Of a stretch of 64,000 nt of DNA, positions 25,031 to 36,105 are shown one piece after another. Each line of letters starts with the position of its first letter. The stretch's first letter is position 1. The notes beneath the pieces were generated by a model. It did not search any database. It was not told where the DNA came from and saw only the letters and a program-made list of their open reading frames with translations. The stretch is from Dicyema japonicum (lineage: Eukaryota > Animalia > Dicyemida). Both the position numbers and the translations under genes were made by a program. The DNA is taken from the NCBI GenBank assembly GCA_011109175.1, contig RDEW01000037.1:189891-253890 (forward strand), written 5' to 3'.

Positions 25031-26199
25031 TTTATTACCGATTTTTAAGTAGTTATAAGGGACACCATTATCATAGCTGGTCTTTTCTTTTTATTACACG
25101 AATGGCCCTTGTGGCATTTATAAGATTCACAATTTATAGCTTAAAATGACACTCCAAAATTTAGATACAAATAAAATTTAATGTAGTATATAATTAAATA
25201 TTAAAAATTAGGGGTTCTTATAAAAAAAAAGTTGAGAATCCTCAACTTGTATGTGAATTTAAAGTTCAAAAATAGAGTCAGAGAAAATGTGGAACATAAT
25301 CCGTGAATTTTATGAGTAAAAAATTACCAAAGTTCACCATAAAAAAACATGAATAATATTCACGTGGCAATTAATTTAAATTTTCGGATAAATTAAAATA
25401 ATATCTTTAAATTTTAAATATAAAGTAAATTATCGCATTCTTTAATAGGCAAAGATGAGGTCTCTGTTAGAATGCATCGGGTTCACGTGATAATTAGTTT
25501 GGTTTTACCGTGGAATATCTCTAAATTTTAAATATAAAGTAAATTATCGCATTCTTTAATAGGCAAATATGAGGTCTCTGTTAGAATGCATCGGGTTCAC
25601 GTGATAATTAGTTTGGTTTTACCGTGGTCTTGGGTTAAATAAATAAAAAATAAGTTACTTTGTGGAGATAATTTTCGAATACAGCAATATAAATTTCACT
25701 TGAAAAATGACTATATAACAGCATTTTTTTGTATTTGGGTTATTATCAAAATCTATTGATGCGCACAAGATCTCAAATATTTAAAATTTACCTTAACCCT
25801 ATTGTGGGCTGACCAAAGTGTATGTATACGTATTCCAGTAAAAAAATTAATCATTTAAATCATTAAGCTGAGGCAACGAATCGGAATTGCATTGTCCGCG
25901 GAAACTCTTACTCCGTAATGTCAGCAGCCAGATCACAAATATTTAAAATTTACTTTAACCCTATTGTGGGCTGACCAAAGTGTATGTATACGTATTCCAG
26001 TAAAAAAATTAATCATTTAAATCATTAAGCTGAGGCAACGAATCGGAATTGCATTGTCCGCGGTAACGCTTACTCCGTAATGTAGCCGGTCTTTCCCGCT
26101 ATTGTTAATAAAGCATTTCCCGTAAGGGGAAATGCGCTCTCAATCCTGAGAGCAGCCAGTAGCCTTTAACTATTTGGTTTTATTTTTTTATTTTTTTTT

Positions 26200-26520
26200 G
26201 TATGAGAAATTTTATTATCAAATGAATAAAAATTAAATTAAGGCATCTGAATGGCCATGCTATTTCCCCTAACAATAGCCAACGAGATACGTTCTCGGAA
26301 CCAACCAGTCTCTCGCGGATCCTTGGTCACAGCTTGAATCATGGAGCCGATCTTACGAACCAACTCATCTGCTTGGGGGCCAAGGATTCCTGACGTTTCC
26401 ACCGCGAATGGAACAAATATATACTCCTCCGAAATTCTCTGGTACTTCCTCCTCTTTCGTTCCTCGGCCTGCTTCGAAGCATGTCCTGGGTCTGAAGCAG
26501 AAGCAACCAAATTAGACGGG
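26200..26520 (-). mobile_element. CRE-like RLE retrotransposon 3' end
   Basis: EERKRRKY..FVPFAVETSG..ERISLAIVRGNS. A second, very short CRE end on the + strand (VRGNALSILRAASSL) lies at about 26120-26170. Confidence 0.85.
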
Positions 26521-27559
26521 GTTTATTCTTCAATAAATTGTTAATAAATAATATTTTATCGTTAAATAAAACGTGTTTAATTAAGAAAAAAAATTAAATC
26601 ATTTAAATAAATATTATTCAAAATAAAAAAAATAGAAAATTACTTGGTGATTAAACATTGGTTGTGAGTTCAAGCTTAAGAATTTGACTGGACATTGTGG
26701 CACAAGCGGATGTGATGCCATGGGACAATAGTTAAGGCGATTTTTTGTCAATGTTATAAATCCCTTTGAAAAGTTCAGAATGTTTCAAATACATTCTAGC
26801 AGTAAGTTCCACCCATCTACAATGCTTCGGTTTCGATAAGTGACACCGTTATCAGCGAATACCTCACTGTTGAACCGGATCGTTTATAAAAACCTACACA
26901 GAACAAAAAGAAAAAAAGTTAAAGAACATTCTTTGCCTCCCTCTCAACAATTTGTTAGCATAACTGTTATTCGCTTTAATAAATCGTGTTCCCTGCCTGT
27001 GCGGAGTTATAATATTGGTCTCTTGAAATGGCTGTTATTATTTTGGTCAATAAAGGCATTAGAAGAGAAGAGCATTCCTTTTTTCTCCCTCAATGATTAG
27101 TTGTGCTAACTGTTTTTACTTAAATAAAGTGGTCCTGCCTGGAAGGAGCTATAGCTAATATGTCTCTTAGCAAAGTGCATTATTAAATGGATTGATGATC
27201 CACTGAGCTATATTAACATTCAACAACTCAACTTTACACGGAAAATAAGTTCCGTTTTGAAAAGTGAGGTGTAGAAATCTCCAAATTTATTTCAAATGTC
27301 TTATACAAATTTCAAGACTTTCTAAAATGAAAAGTGAATAAAAGGCTGATGGCTTCAAGAGCGTATCTCGATAGCTATCGTCAGAGGAAACAGTATGGCC
27401 ATTCAAGCTTTCTAACTTTTAATTTCTATTTTTTAATAAAAGTGTTTTAAAAAGTCTGAATGCTTTTCACAGAAAACAACTGAAATCTTTATTGGACATG
27501 CGCTATGTGAAGGTGATCAGAACCTACACACTATCTGTAAATCTGAAAGCTTGGAGACC

Positions 27560-28060
27560 ACTATAAAAAATACTCGAGGGGGGCTATTTGGACCCTGGTG
27601 CTCCAGCAAATAACATTATGGAATCGTATTTTCTAAGCCCCGGCCCATTTCGGGGCAGACCTCGGACAACTGTTCTACTGACCATAAACAATGATCTAAA
27701 AAATGTCAAAACGCGAAATGAAAATTCTGATTACTTAGACGACCTCCAAAAAATGGAAATCTCAAGAAGAGCAGGTCTGACTGTAAAGATTATCCGGGGT
27801 GCGGCACAAGCGACGTCAATGGATTAACTTTCTTGTTGCAAATGTGCATAATAATTTTTTAAAAAGAAAACTATTATTTTTTGTTTTTTTGCTTAGGAGT
27901 AATCGCTTTGGTATAAACAAAACAACGTATCGAGGTCGACAAAGAACTCACTTGCATAGGAAGAAAACTGAAAATGATCTGAGGGCGGATGCGAGAAACA
28001 GGGGAGGATGGAAACGATTACAGCGCGTATCCAGAGATGCATGGCAAAATTAGAATCTCA
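27560..28060 (+). mobile_element. RTE LINE 3'-end fragments
   Basis: LDPGAPANNIMESYF..FRGRPRTT..INNDLK and DLRADARNRGGWKRL. Confidence 0.65.
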
Positions 28061-28319
28061 GTTAACTTTTCTGGTTCCGAGGACATTGCTAACTCCCAAG
28101 CTGTAAACTCTCATACAGTGTGGAGGAGCAGAATATACAACTCAAAGATTGGATAGGCAATATTCCCATCAAAGAAATACATGCTTCTTATTTGTTCATC
28201 AAAAAAATATATTGTCAACTATTATTATTGAGAAACATCGATTTGCCAACAATTTCATTTATTTTTTTAGTAGAAATCTGTTTTTTCAGAGGGTAATTGA
28301 TAAGTTTCCCCTTCAAACA

Positions 28320-28440
28320 AACGGAATTGTCAAGCGAGCCCTGGAGTCTGCGGGATACCCAGCCATACTAGAACCTGTTGGTCTGGACAGAGGAGACGGA
28401 AAACGTCCCGACGGAATGACAATTTTCCCATTCGAAGAGG
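28320..28440 (+). mobile_element. CRE-like fragment fused to the RTE 3' truncation point
   Basis: IVKRALESAGYPAILEPVGLDRGDGKRPDGMTIFPFE. Confidence 0.8.
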
Positions 28441-31400
28441 GGATATCGGGTCCAACCTCAGGACGTGTCCAAAAAATCTCCAACGAGAGCTAATGATCTC
28501 GTGGCTTAATGGTATACAGTTATTGTACAGTCCATTCCGCGAGATCTTGGATGGCCAGGACATTCCAGTTATGTTTCTTAGATGATTCCTGTGAAATAAG
28601 TCTAGCCTTTCCAATTCCTCTTTAGAGGTGGCCCAGGTCCCAGAGTTGTAGAATTGGTTTGATGAAAGTGTTGTATAACATAATCCTTTGTTTTATGTTA
28701 TATCCTTTCCGTTTTAGCCAAAGATTTTTAAGCCTTTGTAATGCCGCATTTGCCAATGTTTTTCTCCGTATGATGTCTTCGCTATCTCCTAGTAGTGAGC
28801 CAAGTTTCTTTATGTGTCTCCATTATTCTTCGAGTGAGTTGTTCATTCGTCTTATCTCTGTCCGTTCTGTTTTTCCCTGTTCACGGTGACAAACCATTTT
28901 CCAAGTATATCTGGTGCTTTTTTCTCCAGGAGTTCTTTGTCTTCAGAAATTAAGTCGACATCATCAGCATAAATCACTTCTTCTATTTTTCCTTGATATA
29001 ATGGTCTCAGTTCCCTCATAGCGGCCTCCAAGTATATTGTGAATAGTAGGGGAGAAAGGGAGTTTCCTTGAGGAGTGCCTGTGTTTGTTTCAAATTTTCT
29101 TGAGTAGGTTTTTCCAACTCTCACAAGGAGCTCTGTGTTAGATAGAAGGATTTGAATCATTCTTAGACTCGATTCGTCAATAAACCCATCCAGCACTGTC
29201 ATCAATTTGTTCCTGTTAACCGAGTCAAAGGCTTTTGATAGATCTATTCCCAGAATGTGGATGGAATTGCAATATCTTTGATGTGTTGCACATCTCCATC
29301 TGTGACTCCAGACTGCATCAGCTGTTGATCTTCCTTCTCTGAACCCACTTTGACTTTCGGGTAGGTATTCATAAGCGGGTCCTTTTATTCGTTCCAATAC
29401 AATGTTAGCTAAGACTTTCCGTAGAGAATTTGATAATATGATTGGTCGTAAGTTTTCAACCGGTCCTTTGGGTTTATTGGGTTTTTGTATAGGTATTAGT
29501 AATCCCGTTCCCAGGGGCAAGGTTGAGTTAGTTGAAAACATTTCATTTAGTAGTGTAGCGATTTTTTCAAAAAGGGGGTCAGGCCCGTATTTCAGTAATT
29601 CTGGGTTTATCGTATCTGGTCCAGGGCTTCTGTTATTTTTTAATTTTTGACATGCTGTTTTTACTTCCAAAATTGAAATTGGTTCTTTTAAAGGTCTAGG
29701 CTTTCCTTTGAATGGGGGGATTGCTGTAGTCACATTAAAAAGTTTCTCAAAATGTGTTGCAATTACCTCCGCTTGCTCTTCAGTATTCAGTAATGTCTTG
29801 CCATTTTTGTCTTTGATGATTATTCGTTCCTTCCGGTTTGTGTGGCGTAGTAAACGAGCGGCCATATACATTTGTGAATTATTCTTTAGTTTGGATACTT
29901 CATTGATTTTGCGAAGAAGTTCTTCTTGGTGAAGTGTCTTGTTCAGTCTCCTGATTTTTCTACGGATTTGGTCACTCTGCCCTTGAAGGACTTTTCTCAT
30001 GTTATAGTCTTTTTCGATTAGTTTTTTTGTATGGATTTCCTTTAACTCCTTTGCTAATTCCTTTACTAGTTCTGTATGTGTCGTCAGACCCTTACTGGCC
30101 ATCTCCCGCGTGCCGAGGTACTGGCTTGCTGCTTCGTTTATTATATACTTCGTGTGATCCTACGAAATTCCTACTGTTTGGTCCTTCAGATAAGAGCAGA
30201 TGTGTTTTTGGTAACTTTTGACTGTGTCTGGATTTTTTTTTAAAATTTTTGGTGTATTTAATTAAAACAATAGAAGTCAGGTAGTTGCCGCCCTCACTGC
30301 GTGGCTGTTCCCTCTCAAAATTGCGAGCGAAATTCGCTCAAATAGCCAGCGGCGTTCACGGAGATCTCCAGTGCATGAGGTGATCCGGTTTCCAAGACGT
30401 CCGAAAAACTCGAGTGTAGAGGGGGAGTAGGATCCGGAAGTCTCCATAGCAAGGGGAACAAATTTGACATCATCGGGAAGGTCGACGTATTTAACGAGTT
30501 TGGCCTTCTCCGCCTTTACGGATGCTGAACAGGCCCTTGTAGCACTCTCGTGAAGATTTTTCTGGGCGAACGTGTCTGTACATGTCACATCCCAAACCAG
30601 TGGTTTCCCGGCCTCAAATGGAAATATGGTCATCCCGTCCGGTCGTTTCCCGTCACTTCTGCATAACCCGACCGGTTCAAGAATGGCCGAGTATCCAGCA
30701 GCATCCATAGCTCGCCTGACAATTTCATTCAGAGCCTTGTGCCTTGGGGATCTGCCAGCGCTCCTCCTGCAGGCGGAGGGTGCAGGCCATAGGAGTCTAT
30801 CAGGATGCCACATCGGCACGGGTGAGGTACACATACTTTTAGTCCCAGCCGCAGAGAGATATCAGTTCTAACGCATTCATCATCCAGAAAAGTGCCCAAA
30901 GCTCCATTGGGGAGATCAGTTTCCCGTTGCCTATGTGTCTGGATTAGAGATCAGTTTTTCCGTTGCGTATCCATTTCTTGTATTCTCAATATTATAGTTT
31001 GTAATGTTATTATGTTTCTTATGTTTGATGTTTCGCCAGGCTGAAGGTGACAATAACCATTCTGTGATCGCTGACAGTTGTTGAACCTTCGTATGAGCGT
31101 GCGTTAATAAGAGAGCATTTGTCATTGATCCGGCATATAATATAATCAATTTGGTTGTATATAGGGAATAATTTTCCTTCTGGGTTTCTTCGTTCGCCCA
31201 TCCAAGTAGTTATTTGGAATGCACGATGAGAGAATGCAGTGTTGCACAAGAACAGTTTGTTTGCCGTGCAGAAATGGCCAAGTATAGTCCCAGGCAAGTT
31301 TCTTTTCCCACGTCCATGTCTTCCCATGAAGATATCTTCTGAGTTCTTTTTTGTTCCGATTTTCGCATTCAGATCGCCAGCAATGAATATAAGTGAGGAC

Positions 31401-31860
31401 GACTCATATTCATTATACGTCTTTGATAATGCTGAGTAGAATTCATCCAGTTCGGTCGGGTTTTTTGCCACTCTTCCACAGTGTGGTGCATATACATTTA
31501 TAATCGTTAGTGTATTTTTAGGGGAACATTGATTGTTCAAGTGGATCTGTATTACGCAGATCCTGTCATTCACCCGCCAAATGCGACTGATGTCAGATGA
31601 TAGTTTTCTGTGAATGGCGAATCCAAGACCATAGTGTTTTGAGTCACTGGGTAGACATATTAGACGATATCTTCCGTGGTTTTCATCGAGATAGTACGTA
31701 ATTTTCGTCTCTTGTATACAGCCAATAAAAACGTTATATCTTTCTAGGTCATCACAGAGAGTATTTATTGACTGAGGCTTAGATATTCCTCTAGCATTGA
31801 ATGTAAGAAACTTTAGGGCAAGCATATTCTTTTGTATCTTCTGCTTTCTAGACATTTTCT
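28440..31860 (-). mobile_element. Near full-length RTE-clade LINE (APE endonuclease plus RT), interrupted and frameshifted
   Basis: APE at 31019..31855 (LTFNARG, IQETK, INVYAP, GDLNAKIG, IDYI, SDHR), RT at 28852..30102 (SPGPD, RPI, QSGFR, DLSKAFD, PQG, YADD), C-terminus to 28440. Confidence 0.93.
30235..30933 (-). mobile_element. 5'-truncated CRE-like element inserted into the RTE, with poly(A) and a 12-bp TSD
   Basis: RLE domain (CRRSAGRSPRHKALN, KRPDGMT, WDVTC, FVPLAMET, ERISLAILRGN). TSD tgtgtctggatt at 30223-30234 and 30934-30945; T-run at 30233-30241. Confidence 0.92.
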
Positions 31861-31944
31861 TATCCGTTGTACAGAGAAGAAACGAGGCACGTCACCACCT
31901 CACCAAAAAACGACCTCATGTCATCTAAAAATAAATATGAAATA

Positions 31945-32870
31945 CAGTATCTTCAACGTCCGTTTCAAGGATTACTCATGGAAGCAAGCCACACTGCCGA
32001 TAAGACTCCGAGGGCTTGGAATTCACAACCCTGTAGACGTTTCTCTCCCTGCTTATATCTTGTCACTAATGGCCTGTAACACCCTTGTCAAAAGGATTCT
32101 ACACTCACTCCCTGAGTTCTCTATTGACCAGGACTTCAGTCATGCTCGTGAGGCCTGGAGCATTACTTATCAGCTATCCTTGCCTTCCACGTTCTCTCAG
32201 CGGGGCCTTGACGATGCTGTATGCCGGAATTCTTTAGAAGATTTGTTTTTGGGGGCATTTTCAGATAGCGGTGTCTGGCTTAACGCCGTTCCCAATTGAG
32301 TTTTGGGTACCTTTCTAAATGATGAATGCGTCCTGATTTGGATCTCATTACGACTGGGATTAAAAGTCTGTGTTCCACATCCGTAGCGGTGTCTGGCTTA
32401 ACGCCGTTCCCAATTGAGTTTTGGGTACCTTTCTAAATGATGAATGCGTCCTGATTTGGATCTCATTACGACTGGGATTAAAAGTCTGTGTTCCACATCC
32501 GTGCAGGTGCGGAGACCTGATCGACTGTTTTGGCCCACACCCTCTCTCCTGCAGGAAGAATGCCGGTAGATTTCCCAAACACATGGCCTTGAAGGAAGTC
32601 GTTAGGCGAGCTTTGGACGCCATCTGACACCCCTCCATGCTCGAACCAGTTGGTCCTTGCAGGTGTGACGGGAAACGACCAGATGGGATGACGATCTTCC
32701 ACCGACACGTTTGCCACCTCCAACCTACTCCAGAGTACCCATGGAGCCTGTTCTGCCGCTGAGAGGACCGAGAGTTTGAAGCTGGCAAAGTACATGGTCC
32801 TATCCAATGATTTCTTGTTCGTTGCTGAATTCTTGAGTATTCTAGGGTAGGCATGCTCACGATCATATAA
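31945..32870 (+). mobile_element. Degenerate CRE-like element 3' half
   Basis: QATLPIRLRGLGI, GVWLNAVP..LGTFL, HPLSCRKNAGRF and KRPDGMTIF. Internal 118-bp duplication at 32266/32384. Confidence 0.85.
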
Positions 32871-33289
32871 TCCATCGACATCAAAAGGATCCAACTATTT
32901 TTTCCACCGGGAGACAATTTCGTTACCTGGAGATAATTTGTCATAAAGTCAAAAAAGGTAAAATTTTGAAAATTTAAAGTCAAAAATTGAAATACTATAA
33001 TGAGAAGTTGTAACTTAATCAATCCTTGAAGGTCAAGATGTAAATATTCGAAAGTTAAGTAGAAAAGAAAGTTGGAAATTTTATTATCATTGACGGAAGG
33101 CTTTATTTTAAAGTTGTTGATATTTCGAAATTAAGAGATGCATTATTAGTGGTATATTACTGCAATGTTTGCCAGTTCACAGTGCCACTGAAACAATATG
33201 ACGATTTGAGTCAGACTACCTAATGAAAGTTGATTGGATTGATCTAAAAAAGTATAGGTCATTAGGTTATTTTTTAGAATTGAAAATAA

Positions 33290-34030
33290 AAATGCTCATT
33301 TTGCTTGTTTGTTGTCAATTTTAGACGTCTATTCAAAATATTGATTTCCGAGAAACCAAGAAAATAAAAGTGGAATCGAGGTGCCCAACAAATTATAGAA
33401 ATTTTCTTGAGCCTTGTAGATTACTACAATCCGATAACGACACAGAGTTAAAGAACGGTCATATCAGAAAATTGTGTGAAGATTACATAACTACTCAAAT
33501 CCATGTAAGATGGCTTCGGATGACAAGAAAGAGTAGATAAAGCATACTTGAGAGGCTGTATTTTTATAGAATCAAACCCCTCAAATTGCTGCTTTTATGT
33601 AGGTGTTTGTCAGTTTCAGAAATATCGAGGGATTCCGGGGTTCAATACTATCGTGAAAAATAATATTGAAGTAAAGACAACCCCGAAATATTTAGTAAAG
33701 GTTTTTTGTCTTTAATTTTACAAAAGATGATTTCAATTTTAATTTTCCGACGGTTGATCTGAATACTCCTTATTATAAAAGAATGAATAGAAAGAGAGGA
33801 GTGCATCGATCAAAATATGAATTAAACATTAGAGATATTCAATTTATGATTACTTAATAGGTTCGTATTCAGAGAGATATGGGAATAATCCTTCTCTGGC
33901 CTACAAAGGTTTGAACATCCCTACAAAATCCTGTCACTGTCATAGCGAAATTGTCCGACAACTTTGTCAACGTTCAAAATAGTGAAGGTTCAGTGACGAG
34001 AGTTCATTCCAGACGGCTTACAAAATAGTT
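33290..34030 (+). mobile_element. Decayed retroviral-type (Gypsy/Ginger) integrase remnant
   Basis: QSDNDTELKNGHIRKLCEDY (rve core) and a GPY/F-like KFEHPYKI..VHSRRL. Many stops. Confidence 0.55.
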
Positions 34031-34172
34031 AAATATGATTAGTTTTTATCTCTGCAAAAAATTGATTAATGATTGACATTGATGACAGCTGTCAAAGTAT
34101 CACACTCGGCTCACAATATAAGCATCCGCATACACCTTCCACCTTTTACCCCAATGACTACATGTTTCAAAC

Positions 34173-34487
34173 TTTAAGTTTGGTTAGAATCCATAACCAC
34201 GATTCACCATTATTCTTCGCGAAATTACCAATTTTCAGTGTTTAAAAGCCCTCAACTTGAGTTTTAGATCACCGCAGAACGGTTTACCCGGTTTTTCTGA
34301 CGGAATCTACCAATACTGATATTTTGACTAAACATTGTAGCCTTTATTTGCTATGGGGTACCACAATCCAACGAGTTCTCCATTTCGTCCCTTATTTTTG
34401 AGGAAAACATCTTTCTGATAATCCCACCTGACTATTTTTTTCCTTGATTTTACCTATGCTGTTTTATACAACAACCTCTGCCGTTGT
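34173..34487 (+). pseudogene. RECQL4: Diverged partial duplicate of RECQL4 internal exons and introns
   Basis: Aligns by eye over its whole length with 14677-14992 (agaatccataaccac..gatcacc.cagaacggttt.cccgg..aaacattgtagcctttatttgct..tatacaacaacctctgccgttg). Splice donors are mutated. Confidence 0.85.
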
Positions 34488-36105
34488 TTTTCCGGAGTTC
34501 CCATTTTCTAGACGGAACCCCAAAATTTCAAAAACTTGTTATTGTAAAGATCAGTTTGGTAGCTGGAGTAATAAGTTTATTTATTTTGCTAAGTATGATA
34601 ACATTTTGGAACGCATCACCAGGAGTGGTACACATCTGTAGTCAATGCTTGAACAAAAAAAACGGTGGTTGTCTCCTTATGAAGTGGATGTTTATCTTTC
34701 TAGGTGAATTAGGTACCCTTTGGGCTTTAACAGAACTTACAGAGCTAGTGAACCGTTAAATGTCTCCTTAAATCTCTTATGCCTTTCTTTTATCATGGTA
34801 ATGATAGGACTATTGAGAAATGACTTAGTCTGAGGACTAACTTTATTTTATTTAGTGTAACCTATTCTGAAAAATTATTCTTGAAGTTCTTTCAATTTTA
34901 GGTCGAACGAGATCCACTTCTTTAATTTCGAGTTTTCGATGTTTCCTGAGTCTGTCGACTCAACACGCTCAAAAAATTACAAGGGTTTCCCTCCATAATG
35001 AAATTAAGTAGATATTTCATGCAATAGAGGTTCAACCTTTGAAACGTCATGTGATTAACCTCTAATTGGTGGAATTTGGACATTTCACTAATAAAATAGC
35101 AAACAGAATCACACTTTTCCTGTTGATCAAATGATGGATCAAAGAATAACCTTTGACCAATAATTGCAATTAGGTTGGAAAATATAACCTTACATATTCA
35201 TTTTAGTAAAGTTTCAACCAGATCATAAAATTTTAAAAGATCCGTGGTAATCTGGTTTATAGATTAAAGTTCATACAACACTTCATTAATAATTAAATTC
35301 TACAGTCGAGTCTATAACAATTATGTTCTGACCTAAATTTGCTAAAATGGAATAATGTCTTAATGCACTGAAGTAAATGATCCTTTACACCTAATGAGAC
35401 AGGTAGACTATATAACATTACTCTATTATAACGAGAGAAAAAAAGGAAGAAAAAAAAGAAGAGAAGCCTTCGACAAAGTAGCCAGTGTGGGGAATGAGCC
35501 CACGGAGATTTGTTAATAACATGACACCATGGTCTGTCCTCAATGCGAAATTAATAATTTTCATTACTGTGTTTATTTTTTATAAATGAAATTAACAAAA
35601 GATCACACATAGAGCACGTGCTTACTTTAAAAATAATTTACGCCCAACTTAAAACATGTGAAGCCAATAAGGACAAATTAACAATAAAACTAAACGATCT
35701 TGATGCTCCTCTAGCTAAACGCATATTATTATAAAGTTGCCAATTTCAATAACAACAACGTCCACTCTAAAAAGATTTATAGAGTTGTACGTTTCGATAT
35801 GAGCTTAAGTTTGACAGACAATTTTATTGATTAAAAATTATGTGGAATGTAATTTATGTTGATTGATTATTAAAAGTTGCCAAAAACCATTCCCACTAAA
35901 GTTTAATAAGATAACTAGAATATTCGAGAGATTAGATAATCATTAGTTCAAGAATTTATTAAAATGTAATTAAAATTATGTACTAGTTAATTATTCTGTA
36001 TTATTAAAAATTAATATTAAATCTTAATATAATTTTAACAGATTATTGCACGTTCATACGCTATCCGAATGGTTTATAAATTGATAATGCCGATAAATAT
36101 TTGAT

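Noticed and set aside
23546-26090. Repeats as a CRISPR-like array
   Set aside because: Eukaryotic context, no unique spacers and no cas genes. The 25776-26090 unit contains a CRE 3' end.
19934-26900. ~60-bp dispersed repeat gtgacaccgttat.ag.gaatacct at about 19934 and 26841
   Set aside because: The similarity is real but there are no termini or family signature. Probably TE debris.
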